From NCBI GenBank assembly GCA_964035545.1, contig OZ037773.1, positions 6,539,751 through 6,603,750 of the forward strand: a stretch of 64,000 nt of DNA. Reading direction: 5' to 3'. Position numbers and translations under genes: made by a program. The notes beneath the pieces are model-generated. The model was not told the origin of the DNA and did no database searches. It worked only from the letters and a program-made list of their open reading frames with translations. Below, piece by piece: positions 45,004-58,572 of this stretch (position 1 is its first letter; each line of letters opens with the position of its first letter). This DNA comes from Bugula neritina (Eukaryota > Animalia > Bryozoa).

Positions 45004-46630
45004 GTATATATGATATATATGTGTGTGCGTGAGCGCTCGCGTGTGTGTAAAGCAGCTGTTAGAGGGTTTGTGAATATTATATACACGCATAAATAAATTA
45101 ATATTCTGGGATACTATATAATTTTATTGTTTCCTATAAAAAAATTTCAAATAAAAATGTACCTGTGTGAAATTTCAACAGTTTCACCACAATTTTCAAT
45201 CCCAATCATTTAGGTGTTATAATAGAGACGGTTTATTAGTCCTAGTGTTTTAATCTTTTCAATAACTTTTAGTTGGGGAGTGGCTTGAAATTCCTGCCAG
45301 AGCATAATTTTTTTTGCTATATTTCTAATCTAGGGCACAGCGTTTTTTCATTTCTCCTTAACTGCACCCACCTCTCTAGAATATCATATTTTCAGCACGC
45401 ATGCCCATTTGTTTGATACATACAATCATAATAGCTAAGAACATATATATATACATTAGTTGTGTAGTGAAACATAACCCAGTTTCCTGTCTGGCCGTGT
45501 AAACAGTAAAGTAACCAGACCTCACCATTGTTCTGCACATCCAGTAGCCCACTGTTGTGGTTTTCGTCTCAAAACATCAACTCTTTTGTTACAGACTTGC
45601 AAAAATTTCACCTCTACTATAGTTAAATTAAACTTCAAACTGCATATCAAATGTAAAAAGCTATTTTTGTTAGTGAAATGTTTATTTGAAACCATTTTTA
45701 TAACAAAATTGCCGAAATAGATAAAATGTGTTATTAATTACAAGGCAGACAGACCTACATAGAAAGATATAAAGCATTTTACTATTCTACTGTTAAAATT
45801 TCCATTCAATAATTTGTTAAAATAACAAACATCTTATATAGACACACTTCTTTACCATGTCTGCAGTCTAATTTTTCTAAATTTTAGTTAATTTTTTTCT
45901 ATATTTTTCTGTAATAATTAACACTTATCAATACATAATTTAAAATCTAAACTCTTCAAAGCACTACTTACTTTATTTTAAAGCTTGTAGAATCGTTTGG
46001 CAAGTCTGTGCCATGGAAGCACTGCCTACAATGACTCTTGCAAGGAATGGTTTAGTTTCTCTTGTACTTCTCCCCTTACCTGTGTTCTATATCAAGGGTG
46101 GCTAAGAAAGCGTCTTTCTCCTCTTACATTTAATGACTGCATCTAGCTGCCAACGAGTATATTGTCTCAGCTATCAATTAATGCACTTACTTCGGATTAA
46201 TTGCGCGAAAATTTGCCTGTAGTTGGCACATAGAGTTTAAGGTCTAATTGTATGACTGCTGTACTCTGATTGCCATATATTTAAACTGAAAAAATTACAC
46301 TTTGCAAATTACTGTCAAGCTTTAAGGTTAGTTTGACTCTTTAATATTTAATCTTTAATTAGGTTTCCTCCATAAAAATCGAATAATAAATTTTGCAATT
46401 TGGCATGTTTCCATGCCAAAGTTTTGCCCCTTCCCCCACCTGAGCATAAAACCTTACATTTATTTGATAATATGAACACTGTAGAAAGGTCAATATATAG
46501 TTACTAACCAGTATGTAGGCTGTGTCAAGGTTTATTAATTGAGTTTATTGAGTTGGTCTAACCTGGTATTATTTGTGTATTTACAGTAGTTATCAGATTG
46601 TGATCAGATTGTGGCCAAGTGCCAGCTAAG

Positions 46631-46806
46631 TATATAAAGGGACCAATCTCCTTCAACTTTCATTCAGCATTAGCACACTGCTCACACTTGGTTCAACTGT
46701 ATTTGGTTGCAGCTGATTATCACCAATACAACATTTAATATAGTTTTAAAATCGCACCATCATTGTTTGGCAGCATTATTCTTTCAGCGTTTCCTGGCAG
46801 CAAGAG
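46631..46806 (+). promoter_or_regulatory. TATA/Inr core promoter and non-coding first exon of the ZO-like gene
   Basis: TATATAAA at 46631-46638; Inr-like TCATTC with A at 46662 (31 nt downstream); donor GAG|gtaagt at 46806; acceptor at 46977 before ATG 46991. Confidence 0.65.
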
Positions 46807-46990
46807 GTAAGTGGCTTATCCTTTCTAATCGAATTAAATACACATACACTATTTAATATTATATAATGTAGCGCATTATATAGTTTAGATTTATTTGGTT
46901 TCAATTTATGAATGGCTTACTTAAAATTTCTTATTTGCCATTCATGTTTGTTGTTGAAAGTTACCAGTATGTTGTAGAACTCATTTGAAG

Positions 46991-49900
46991 ATGCCTGAAA
47001 TGCATGAACTAACCGTCATAAACCCTTCGTCACGCGTGACTAGATCCAACAGTCTGCTAGAGGAGAGGAAGCTGAGACATGTAACCCGCCAGGACTCTGG
47101 GTGTGGAGAAATGATGCATATTACAGGTAATTTCTGCAGCTTTCTTTCCTTTACTTCATCACTTGTGTGCTACTAGATCAATCATGTGATATATGAAGAT
47201 GTCATTGATTACTAATAGAGATCACGTTTAATGTAGATCATATAAAAAGTTATAAAATTGTGATTTTATTTACCATTGTTCATAATATTGAAGTGCCCTG
47301 TTTAGTTGTAATGCTTGAAGTTTGTGTGCCCGCAAAATATTGGTTTAAAAACAGATGTGTTGAGTTTTAAAGTGCAGTTACTTCAATTTAAAATACTGGG
47401 CTAATTTTTGAAAAGTTTTATTGTGGTGGTTATAAATGTTACACTAGTTATTCCATCTTGTGTTGAATTTAATTTAGCACAGAGTGTATGTAGAGTGTAG
47501 ATAGAGTATATGTAGAGTGTAGATAGACTTAGAGGTGATATGAAACTAACTTCATTCATGTTTTATGTTTACAAAATGTCTATAAATTATTAAAAATTTT
47601 AAAGTGTAACTGACTAACTGCTCTGCAAGCATTATTCTTTCTCAGTTATCTTTAGTCTGCGTAGAACTAAGAGGTTCACTAGATTACTTACTAGAGAAAA
47701 GGCATTTCTTTCTAAAAAATAATTTAAACATTAGGCGCGTTGTTTTCAATTATATTATGTTTTTATATCACCATGCAAGACACATTTTATTAAAATTCAA
47801 TATTTATTTCTTACCAAGCTAGAAAAAAACTGAAACTGTGCAATACTGATTTTCCTTAAATGTCATTGTGATGTATGTCATTGAGTTAGATGTCATTGTG
47901 ATGCAGTGTCACACAGTTAACTGCTGGTCAAGATAGATGTGCGTTAAAACTGATAAGTGTGTAGCTGATAAGGGTTGAGTCAGGGGAAAAGCACACGCCC
48001 TGATATCACCATTTATACTCTTCCAGATGAGTAAACACCCAGTCTTTCCATATCTTTGCTGTGGTCAACCACAACAATGATATCACAAGGAAACCTGCCT
48101 CACTGACACTGTACACATAAGAGTCCAACTGCTTGACAATAGCTTATATAACAGCAGCTTTGTTTAGGGTGGTGTCTAACCACTGGGCAGATATCTAGGC
48201 TCTGTGGCCTGTACTATGGTCAAACCCTACTGTCAGCAAAGTTTCATCAGCCCCTCCCAACTACCAGCCACCCTGTTGCGTCAACCTAATTTAGTATTTG
48301 CATTTTCTTTCATAATAATAATTTTAGAAGAACAGCAGCAGACTGAGTCAGCTGGCAGCAGTTGAACAACCCCAGTCAGTTGGCTCAAGTCTTATATAGT
48401 GCCATCTATCAATATATGAGCAATAAAAATAAATTACAAGGCAATTCCCTCTTTTATCAAAAAAATCCAATATTAGCAAATTCTCTTCCATAGAATGCTG
48501 GTGGTACGCATATTGGGTGGTAATAATTGGTGTCATCGTCATATGTTTTAGGAGACGCCATGTCTACCAATCAGCATCCAGATTATTTGATGACATCATC
48601 ATTGCAAAATCTTTTTCTCTCAGTTACAAATCTTCAGCAAAATCCTGACAATCTGCAGCAGTACAAAAAGAAATCGAGTGGTGAAAACTCCCATGTAGAA
48701 AGGTTAGTTATTTGTATCTGAATTAATATAATAACATTGTGTGAGTTATCCCCCATCTATTTTCAACTGTTTATTAAAGACTTCTAAGAGTTCCTGATTA
48801 TTGCTGGCAATTAAAGATGAAATGAATAAGTTTGTATCATCAAATTGAGTAAGTTTCAACGATATATTATGTTAACTGCGTTCTTTTCAAATTATACCAG
48901 CTTAGATAATGTAGGGAACGTGATGGTTAGTTGATAAATCATGTGTATACTTCGTGTATAATATGACTCAGCTTCTAAATTGTCAAACTATAAGCTTGTA
49001 ACTGTAATTTAGTGGTTATTGTTGTTTTAAATTTGTATTATGCTAGCAGCTCTCACGACACTAAACTGTACTTACCATCATGTATTCTAAATATGCTCAG
49101 GTTACTACATATCTATTACACTTCTATACTACACTTCTACTACACTTCTACTACACTTCTACTACATATCTACTATACATCTACTACACTTCTACTACAC
49201 TTCTACTATACACTTCTACTACACTTCTACTACACATCTACTACACCTCTACTACACTTCTACTACACTTCTACTACACTTCTACTACACATCTCCTACA
49301 CATCTACTACAGCTGCTATCTTCTTGTAGAATGAGTGACGTTGGCTCGTCTCTGGACAGCTCTGAGCCTCTCTATGACTCAGAAGATGACTGTGTCAACC
49401 CGTCAGACCTGGAGTATGGCCTCGTCCACGTAGAGGTGGTGCCTCTGGTATGTAATTTCCTTCTTACTTATAATTCCCTACCCTTTTATAGCATTAGCTG
49501 ACAATAAAATACAGTTTCTTTGAGTTATCCTCTCTTTGAGATTGTATTGATTACAGCACTTTGACATTAGATGAGGTTTAAAGGTTAAATGTTTTGTTTT
49601 TGCTGCATTTCTAAACTTTTCTGGAGTAAATTACCACAGCATTTCTTATTGATGCTACAGCTAAGGTGTAGTTGTATATGCTAAACATGCAAGTGCTGTG
49701 CATAATCTTAGCAAGGGGTATAAATTATTATATGGGCTAAACTATATTACATTATCTTTATGTAAATTATTATATATTTTTGTTTCCCATTGTGTTTATC
49801 AATATTTTTGTGTTTATTTTTCCCACGGTGTGACACACTTGGTTCATATTATTTATCATAATACGATTCTTATCAAACAATTAGAGGAGCTGCATAGATG

Positions 49901-51093
49901 TAATGATACAATATTGCTTCTATTGTTGGAAACTGAATGTAAAAACTACTCAAATCTCTGTATTCAAACACCACAAAGCGAGGCAATAAACCAACATTTT
50001 AGGTGGTATTAAATTTCGGCTCACTTAGCAAAGTTTTTTCAAAGTAGCAGTTTCACTTTTTACTTACTCTTGAGATGAGCGATAAGGGCATTTAGATAGT
50101 CATGTTGCATAAACATTACAATTATAGATTAAATGGTGTCTCTTATTATAAATGATATTAACTAATAATTCCCATGGCGCTCTACATCCCTTGAGTGCTT
50201 AATGCATAATAAAGACAGTCAGCTGATTAAGTTGAAATCAGTCATAGCAAGGCTGCGTATTCAAAGGCTACCACTCGTCGGCTACTGGCTAGTAATAATA
50301 AAGATGGCAGCTACTCAAACTGACAGATCTCACGGTGCCAGTTTTTACGCAGTTGATAAAGATGAGGAATTTATTAGGACAAGCTTGTTAGATGTTGGTT
50401 TTGGCGGCAAGAGTGGAGCTGGTTGTAGGAAAACTTCTGCCAACAAGAAAAGTACCAGAGTCAGGAATTTGATTGAGAAGTTTAACCAAGCGGCTTCTAA
50501 AGACGAAACCAATAGCACACACTTCTCACTCCCTCAGGGTTCAAAGAAAGAACAACTTTATTTCAGGCCAAATAATTCTCTTGAGGATAAAGTAGCGAGT
50601 TTGATGGATCATTCTTCTTTGGATGAATACTCGGGATTCAAGGAAAGCAACCCTCATCCTTCTGCATCGTCAAGACAACCAATGATTTTATTTAATGATA
50701 GAAATAAAACAAAGCCAGACAAAATTTCCAAATTTTCAAAACCCAGGACTTTGTTTGTACCTAAGTCAAAACAGCGGGTGAGATTTGCAGCGCACCCTAC
50801 TGGCTTTTATACGACAAAGACACCATTGGAAATTCGTCGATCTCTTCATCAGAAATTCAAGAAGTCGGATAAATGTCAGAAGCAGAAGAACATTGTCAAT
50901 GAGTCATGCATTAACTCATCAATCATAAATATGAGTCACAGAAGGAAGGCGCTTGCTGTCGGCAGCATATTAAATGATATAAGAGAGTGCCGTGGGCGTC
51001 CAAGTAGGCTCTGGGCTTTAAAGGTTTCTGTTCTCAACAGTAGTGCTGAAATTTGTATATCCTTACCATAGTAGTTGTACAAATCTACATAAG

Positions 51094-51148
<55 letters not shown>

Positions 51149-54100
51149 CATCATATTTTATAATAATAATTTAACAATGTATTAATTTTATATAAACCTA
51201 AAGTTCAACATTAAGTTTTAGGCATGGCGAATAATATAGCTGACACAATGTCCAAGCGTTTTCTACTTCTTGTAATTAACATTATTGTTGTATGACCCTA
51301 AATGTTACAGACATGAAAAATCAATATTAATGTATATTGTTTGTAGAACAATGATAAGATTGTGTGGGAAACTCATCACATAGCCTTAGAGAAGAAGGAT
51401 GGCCTGGGATTTGGAGTTGCAATATCGGGTGGCAGAGACAACCCCCACTTTCTCAGTGGTGAAACATCTATAGTGGTTTCAGACGTACTCAAAGGTGGTC
51501 CAGCAGCTGGCAAAGTGAAGTTAGTTGATGTTTTAATAATTTTATTGAAAATTAAAATAATAAGCACATGTAGCACATTATAAAATATTGTTATATTAAT
51601 ATCGTGATATTATATTAAATAGTACCTGTGCCAGTGAAAACGAAACTGTATAGAACTGATTATAGACAAGTTTTCAACTAATTCCAAAGTATCAAAAATT
51701 TATAGTTTTATATGAAAAGAAACTCTGTTGGCAATAACTAATATAAATTAGCGCAATAATATTTATCATTGTGTTTAGAAAAAGTGTTATATTGTGCAAT
51801 AACTGTGAACTCACGTACAACTACTTCTATCTATAGATCAAAAGATCGAATAGTAAGTATTAACGGAATATCCATGGAAGATGCTAAACACTGTGAAGCT
51901 ATCGCTTTATTGCGCAACAGTGGAAACATGGCTGACCTGCTAATAAAACGGAAGGTGCACATACCGTCCCCGCATAAACGACAAGAAAAAGTTGTTACTT
52001 TAGACGGAGCCAGGGCAAGCAAAGGTAAAATTTTGCTCTACTGTTTTTCTGAAGTTGAAAGAAATAAATTGTATATAGTATGATGGTTTTATACTTATAA
52101 CATTTTTCTAAACAGCATATCAAAATAATAGCTATAAAGTAGACATTATGTTTGCTGTTGCAGGGCTGGACGTAGAGTTGGGGTGTAAGTTTTACGTAAA
52201 GAGTCTGAAAGACAGCTCACCTCTGACAGAAGATGGTGAAGTTGAGGCTGGAGATTTCATAATAAAAGTAAGTTTTGTGTTTCGAGTTAAATATCGTGTC
52301 TACAAGAAACTCGATAAAGTAATGCCTAATTGAATAGATATTAATAATTATTAGTAATAATTAAATAAATAGTAATAAATTTTTTTTCACCTATCCGCTT
52401 TGTCCTGTTCGGGTAGATGGAAAAAAATAGTAATAATAAATAATATTAATAACTAAATAATAATAGTAAGTGATAGTAATAATTAAATAATATTATTAAG
52501 TTGAATAACAAATAGTGTGGCTAGTAAAACTACTTATAGCTAGTGAAGTTATGTAAAGTTATTTTACTTTGTACATTCTGTCATTCAGATCAACGACAAA
52601 CCTACGGATAATCTTTCACTGACTCAGACTCAAAAGCTTCTGGAAAAATCTCGAGGCAAATTATGTCTCACTCTGGAACGGCCACCTAAACCAATCACGT
52701 CATCGTGTGCTAGAAGGCCGAGGTGAGTATCTAGTCACATGACGTCATGTTTTTACTCTGTGAATGCTTTACAAAATAATCTGCTTGAGTTTCAGATAGC
52801 TTTATAGGCTGCAAAATAGATGTTAGGAAATCAGCTATGACTAGTACTATACAGCTGGCATGCATTATAATAATCAATATGCTGTACTACAATACACAAT
52901 ATGTTTCTATTATAATATGCAGCATGTATAAATTATAATATACAGCATATATCTGTTATAATATAAAGTATGCATGTATTATAATATTATATAACATAAA
53001 TGTATTATAATATTGAACTAAGTTTACTAGCTCTTTATCTTTTAATTCTGTAACTACATGTTATAGAGCTGAAAGTATAGCCTAAGATCTAACTGTATAT
53101 ACCATGTTACAGTGAGGGGTACAGCTCAGCAGAAAACATCTACCAGTGGACATTAGACCAGCAGTCTGACTGTCAGAATGTAGGTCAGCGTCCCAGAAGC
53201 AGCTCTGATTACAGCTCTAGGTCTTGTCCCCTGGCCACATCCACTCAGTACTCCAGAAGTGGTTCCAGCTTCAAGACTGCTACCAGGTAACTCTCAACTC
53301 CATCTTAAAAATTAAACACCTGAGCTCCTAGAAAAAGAAATTTCTCAATACTTTGGAGTTATCTTGTCTTTCAAATTTTTGGAGTTTTCATTCCTTTAAT
53401 TTTGTCATTTGTTAATAGCGAAGAGGGTACTAAGCACATATTATATAAGAAGGAAGGGAATAGCACAGGGATACAGATTGCAGGTGGAAACAGTACAGGG
53501 ATATACATATCAGCTGTAGACGGAGGTAGTGCAGCTCAAAAAGCAGGACTAAGAAAGGGAGATTTTATTCTGCAGGTAAAACTCAGCGTTGTTTATTACC
53601 TACGGTAATAAATATAAATAGAACATCTCCAAGTTTAATATATTGTCTTTTTGGTTGAGAAATCTAAGTTTTTATGGCATTTTTTTAATAACTATCTTCA
53701 AGCAAAAATGTGCATATCACATTATAATATTTCAATCTTAATTATGTATTTTTACGAGATAAGCTTCAAGCTCAAAAGACGTTGCATGGAATAGCATTTG
53801 TTAATTGTTGTAAGCAAATACTATCAGTTACTCAGCGCTGGTGCACATAAACTCAAACTATTTTATTTTTATCTGTTTTATTTTTTACTAGATAAATGGA
53901 GTTCCCGTGCATAGTCTGAGTAGAGAACAGGTTGTGAGAAGACTGCTCAGTCTACCAGAAAATATTAACCTGCTAGTTGTAGAAAGACTCGAAGAATACA
54001 CTAGAATATTTGCCCATTCTAACAATGACAGGTGAGCAAGTGAAAACTATGTGTGTGTTTAGCAGGTTGAAACAGTTTCTAATAAAATTAACTTCTCGAC

Positions 54101-57100
54101 CCAATGAGGTTTTAAAAATAGCTTTGTTTTTTTGTTGGCATCGAGGCTAACAAATTTTTGACAGTGATTGTAGGCTACCAACAAACGAATTTGATAAAAA
54201 GAATTTTGCAAATAAACTTCTGATAAATTTTAAATTATAATCTAACCTGCTTATAGAATTCATGTTTTTCAATTTCAGTGGAGATGACTTTTACGTGCGA
54301 GCAGCTTTCAGCTATCAGCCGGCTCAAACTGCTCACAACAAGCTGGAGATTAGAAGTGGGGACGTATTAAGAATAACCGACACCTTCCCTAACAACTCCT
54401 CTGGTAAGTTCCTTAGTCTAAACTATGTCTGCTTGTAAAAGGTCAAAAGGTCAAAGTTATGTGTCAGCTATTACAGTTACTTTCCTTAAAATTTATCAAG
54501 TATATTGCATATTTATTATTTTCATCATTTATATATTATTTGATTATAGTATTAGTTTCAAGTTGTTTCAAAAGTTTCTAATGAAAGTCTTTTATTTCGT
54601 CAGGTTTTTGGATAGCAACAAAGATGTCAGCCAATGGGGAGCCGTTAGAAACAGGAGTTGTCCCGAGTAAATTGACTGCTCAAAAATTGTTTGGTAACAC
54701 CCTGACTTCACCTAGCAACGATGTCAATAACAATAACAAGTTTTCTAAGGTTAAGGACTCTTGGAGCAAGCTTGTATTAGGTAAGATGTCATGCACTAAT
54801 GTAATACTAAGTTTTAACAAACTCCTGTGTGTTATTTGATTTATTCTTAATTTTCTTTAAAATTGATGTTTTAGGGCTAGCAATGGTGGTTAAAATAATT
54901 TCAACATTAATTTCATGATTTTTTTAATGCTCTTGAGAAGGTGTTTTTTACAACACAATTGTTAGCACAATAAACTTCTCTTTAATGAAGCGTAAAATGT
55001 CTTCAAATATAAATATAATATTTGGTAGTGGTTTTTTAGAGCTGATAAATTGACAATGCACAAACAGTGTCAATCACAGTTCACAGGATATGTATATATA
55101 GTTATGTAGTTTTGTAAAACTGCTTATACTATATTAAAAACTGTTATATTACAAGAATCTGTAACGCTATTTTCTAGATGGTTCCTCAGCTGGTGGCCTT
55201 CAGAGTTCAGCAGACGTTTATGAAAAAGTCATTTTGAAAGAAGGTATGAATCAACCAGATTAAAATGTAGCAAATTACTTTATTCTAAAACTTTTACATG
55301 TATTAATAATTGTATGACCTAACTGAGAAATAATAAACTGTTATGTATGATCAGTTATTGGTGAATATTGTTTGATATGTGAAAGCTTTACGATTAAACT
55401 TATGCATGAAATTTGCTATGTATTGTATTAGTCTTGGTATATTTTAGCTGATTTCCCTCGACCTGTGGTTCTATATGGGGGGTTAGGAGAGCTCTCTGTA
55501 GAGAAGTTATTGTCCAAGTACCCTCATCAGTTCGAGGGTCCAGCTACTAGCTTAGTAAAGTCTGGGTATAAATCTAGACAAATTCTAAAGGTGAGATAAC
55601 TCTTAATTTAACATGCATTATATTTTGTTGTACCTATTTGCTCTTTCACCACATTATAATCATCATGTAGGCAATTATCATATCAAATTCTTACTTAGAT
55701 ATTTTTATGCTTAAAATAGCAGTACTATTATGGCTTTAGATTCAGAACAAGTTGGTAATATGGGTTTATTTGTTAGTTTAACTTTTGTAAAATTACTATA
55801 TTTTATTCAGCTTTTATCTAGTGAAAAATGTTTTTTTTATATAAATTTAAGAGAAGTTTAAAAATTATACAGCTTTGAATTTTTGATAAAAAGCTTTACA
55901 ACTCAAATCAAGTAGTAATAGCATCAATTTGTGTTTATATTTTAGATAAAATCAATAAAAGATGTGATAAACCAAGGAAAGCAATGCATCTTGGATTTGC
56001 CTCCGCATTGCATATCTAAACTTGTTCAACATGACCTCCACCCCATTGTTGTCAATGTCACATCTGATACGTCTGATCTGGGAGGTTAGCATACTGTCAA
56101 AATATTATTCAGGTTACCAGAATCGGTTATTGTGTAGAGTTTAACGGTTTCAGCAAAGTGTGTTGATTAATTTTCAGCTGTAATTGAATTATCACATACT
56201 GCTAGTTTATTTTTAAATTTTAAAGGCTGTGAAATTAAATTAGTTTGTTTTAAAAAGTTTTCAAAGAATTCAAGATTTCATTTAATAGAAATAATCTTGA
56301 AACTCCATAAAACTATGTTATTGCATAAAAATACCGGTTTTTGCATAAATTAACCAGATATTTAATTCTGCTAAATTTATTTATAAACAGATTTGAAGAT
56401 AATAAATGATATGAAAAAGTTAGATGATGTTGCTGCAAAGATACCAAAACTGTTTCCCAACGTTTCAGTCACCAGTGTGAAGGTCACTAAAGGAAATAAT
56501 TGGCTGCAACAGGTGTGTTTAAATTCTATTTATTTTATTTATATATTTTGTTAAATTTTATTTTTATTGACTGAAACAATTATACTGTATAAACTGATTT
56601 TATTGCATAATTTCGAACTACTGACTTCTAAGCTTTTCAGCTTATAACGATTTCAAAGCTTAATAATAATTATATAGCAAACCTGCCGTGTGATTGTTAT
56701 ATAGGACAGTATACATGCTGTTGTTAAAGCTAACTAACCTTGACAAGAGCAAGTACATAAATGAATCTTAGTTAATAACTACCTGCATATTGTAAAACAC
56801 ATTACTATAAATAGATAGAAAAGTAAATGTACACAGTTTTTTAAGCATGAAATAGTTATTGTGTTTATTATTAAATACGTGTATTTATGACAGGTGTATG
56901 ATGTCATACAAGAAGCTCAAGGAAAACCTACATGGTGTAGCCTGCAATCTCTGTCTCTAAAATACAGTTCCTTGACCTCTCTCAGTGATTATCTTAGCCT
57001 CAGCTCTAACTCTAAAGGAAATCTTAAGAAAATGCAATACTGCTCTCAGCTTTCCTTGGCAGGTAGGGCTTTTAATATAGTATTTGTGGGCAAAAGCTCT

Positions 57101-58572
57101 GTCAGATTAATTAGTTTCTAGAAATTACTTGAAACTAAATTCTTGTTAGTTCTATGCAATTTAAACAAAACTTTGCTACAGTTTTACTGTACAGTCTTTT
57201 GTTTCATATCACTCAATATTATAAATATTTTTTATATTTAACAGAAAAGTATGTTTATCTTATTGAGCTTGCATATCAGCAAACTAAAAATTTGATTGTA
57301 GTAATCATCAATTTGATTGCTCAGTATTTAAAGGTTTGAGGTAATAACTAGTTAGTCAGTAACCAGTGAGTGAATATACTAGTTAGTTAGTAACTAGTTA
57401 GTAAAATACAACGAATTATTATTTCAGATCATGGCAGTGTTTACACTAATGCCCAATCAGAGTTGCCCTCCCGAACAAGAAGCTCCACAAATCCACTCAG
57501 ACTGATGGATGAACCAAACAGCTTTCAGCAACTACACAGATCTTCTGCTCTCTCACCTTCAGAAAGGTAAAAAAGTTGTTCCTTGATTTTATTTTTATGC
57601 TTTAATAGCAATAAGCAATAGTTTTTAAAACCATATTCTTTTAATAATTCGTGATTTTTTTTCAGATAAAAAAACATAAAAATTTGAATAATAATTATGT
57701 ACTTATCTCATGCTTTATACAAGTTTATTTACACAACTTTGAAGTTGTCTACTTTTGTGAGGGGTGAAATATTGTTAGTGTATACTGAACATAATAATAA
57801 TTATATATCAGTTGTACTACGGCATTGCGGAGTTGTTATCTTATGTTGGATTGCGTTTCACAGGGTCAGGAGGTCAGACTCAGTCAAGTCAGAAGGTAGA
57901 AGAGTGAGTCGTCTGCGGGCCTCATCGAATGTGTCGGAAAATAAGAAGTATAAGCAATATTACAACAGGTAACATACTGGTTACATAGCCAGAAAGTAAA
58001 CAATGCACAAACAAAAATGCGAACAATATAAAAAAGCTGTGAATAGAGAATCATAATATGTTATAGGTCGATATATTATATTATATATAATATTATATAT
58101 TATATTATATATTGTATTATATTATATATTATATCATATATTATATTATATATTGTATTATATATTATATTATATATTGTATTATATATTATATTATATT
58201 ATATTATATATTGTATTATATATTATATTATATATTGTATTATATATAATATTATATTATATTATATATTATATTATATATTATAAAGCCAGAGGGAAAG
58301 AAAAACTAAATACTAGCTCACGAGAATGTGTTACCTGTAAATAGAAAATAAAATAAATAACTACTTATACTGCTTTAATTACTCATTACACATTGATTTC
58401 CTATTTCAGTGGCTTTGTTGAGGATGAAACTACTGATAGTCAATATAGAAGACCTAGAAACCACACAATAGACTGTGTTCCACCAAATTTAGACAACATA
58501 CTAAGTCAGACAACAAATCGTCCCACCTCGGGCATATGGTTTACAGACAGAAGTGTTTCTCCAGCTCCATGA
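46991..58572 (+). CDS. TJP1: ZO-1/Polychaetoid-like MAGUK (PDZ1-PDZ2-PDZ3-SH3-GUK, no ZU5), ~940 aa; exons 46991-47126, 48552-48702, 49330-49447, 51347-51519, 51837-52024, 52164-52267, 52589-52722, 53113-53286, 53419-53575, 53892-54031, 54279-54403, 54604-54780, 55178-55243, 55448-55590, 55946-56084, 56391-56512, 56894-57062, 57428-57566, 57864-57968, 58410-58572
   Basis: PDZ1 [48 protein letters not shown] closely matches ZO-1. Also PDZ2 (..[24 protein letters not shown]), PDZ3 ([15 protein letters not shown]), SH3 ([10 protein letters not shown]), GUK ([26 protein letters not shown]). Frames are consistent; AATAAA at 58971. Confidence 0.88.
49105..49312. repeat. 11-bp minisatellite (ctactacactt)
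   Basis: About 18 copies just upstream of a ZO-like exon acceptor. Confidence 0.95.
50304..51023 (+). CDS. Alternative large first coding exon (240 aa, basic/disordered) of the ZO-like gene
   Basis: 870-nt non-repetitive ORF inside an intron; aagATGG start at 50304; phase-0 donor AAG|gtttct at 51023 is compatible with the PDZ1 exon acceptor at 51347. Confidence 0.65.
51099..51147. repeat. (TA)n microsatellite
   Basis: Directly visible. Confidence 0.95.
58070..58285. repeat. AT-rich low-complexity (TATTA)-type repeat
   Basis: Directly visible. Confidence 0.9.

Noticed and set aside
49012-49334. Thr/Tyr/His-rich ORFs
   Set aside because: Translation of the 11-bp minisatellite.
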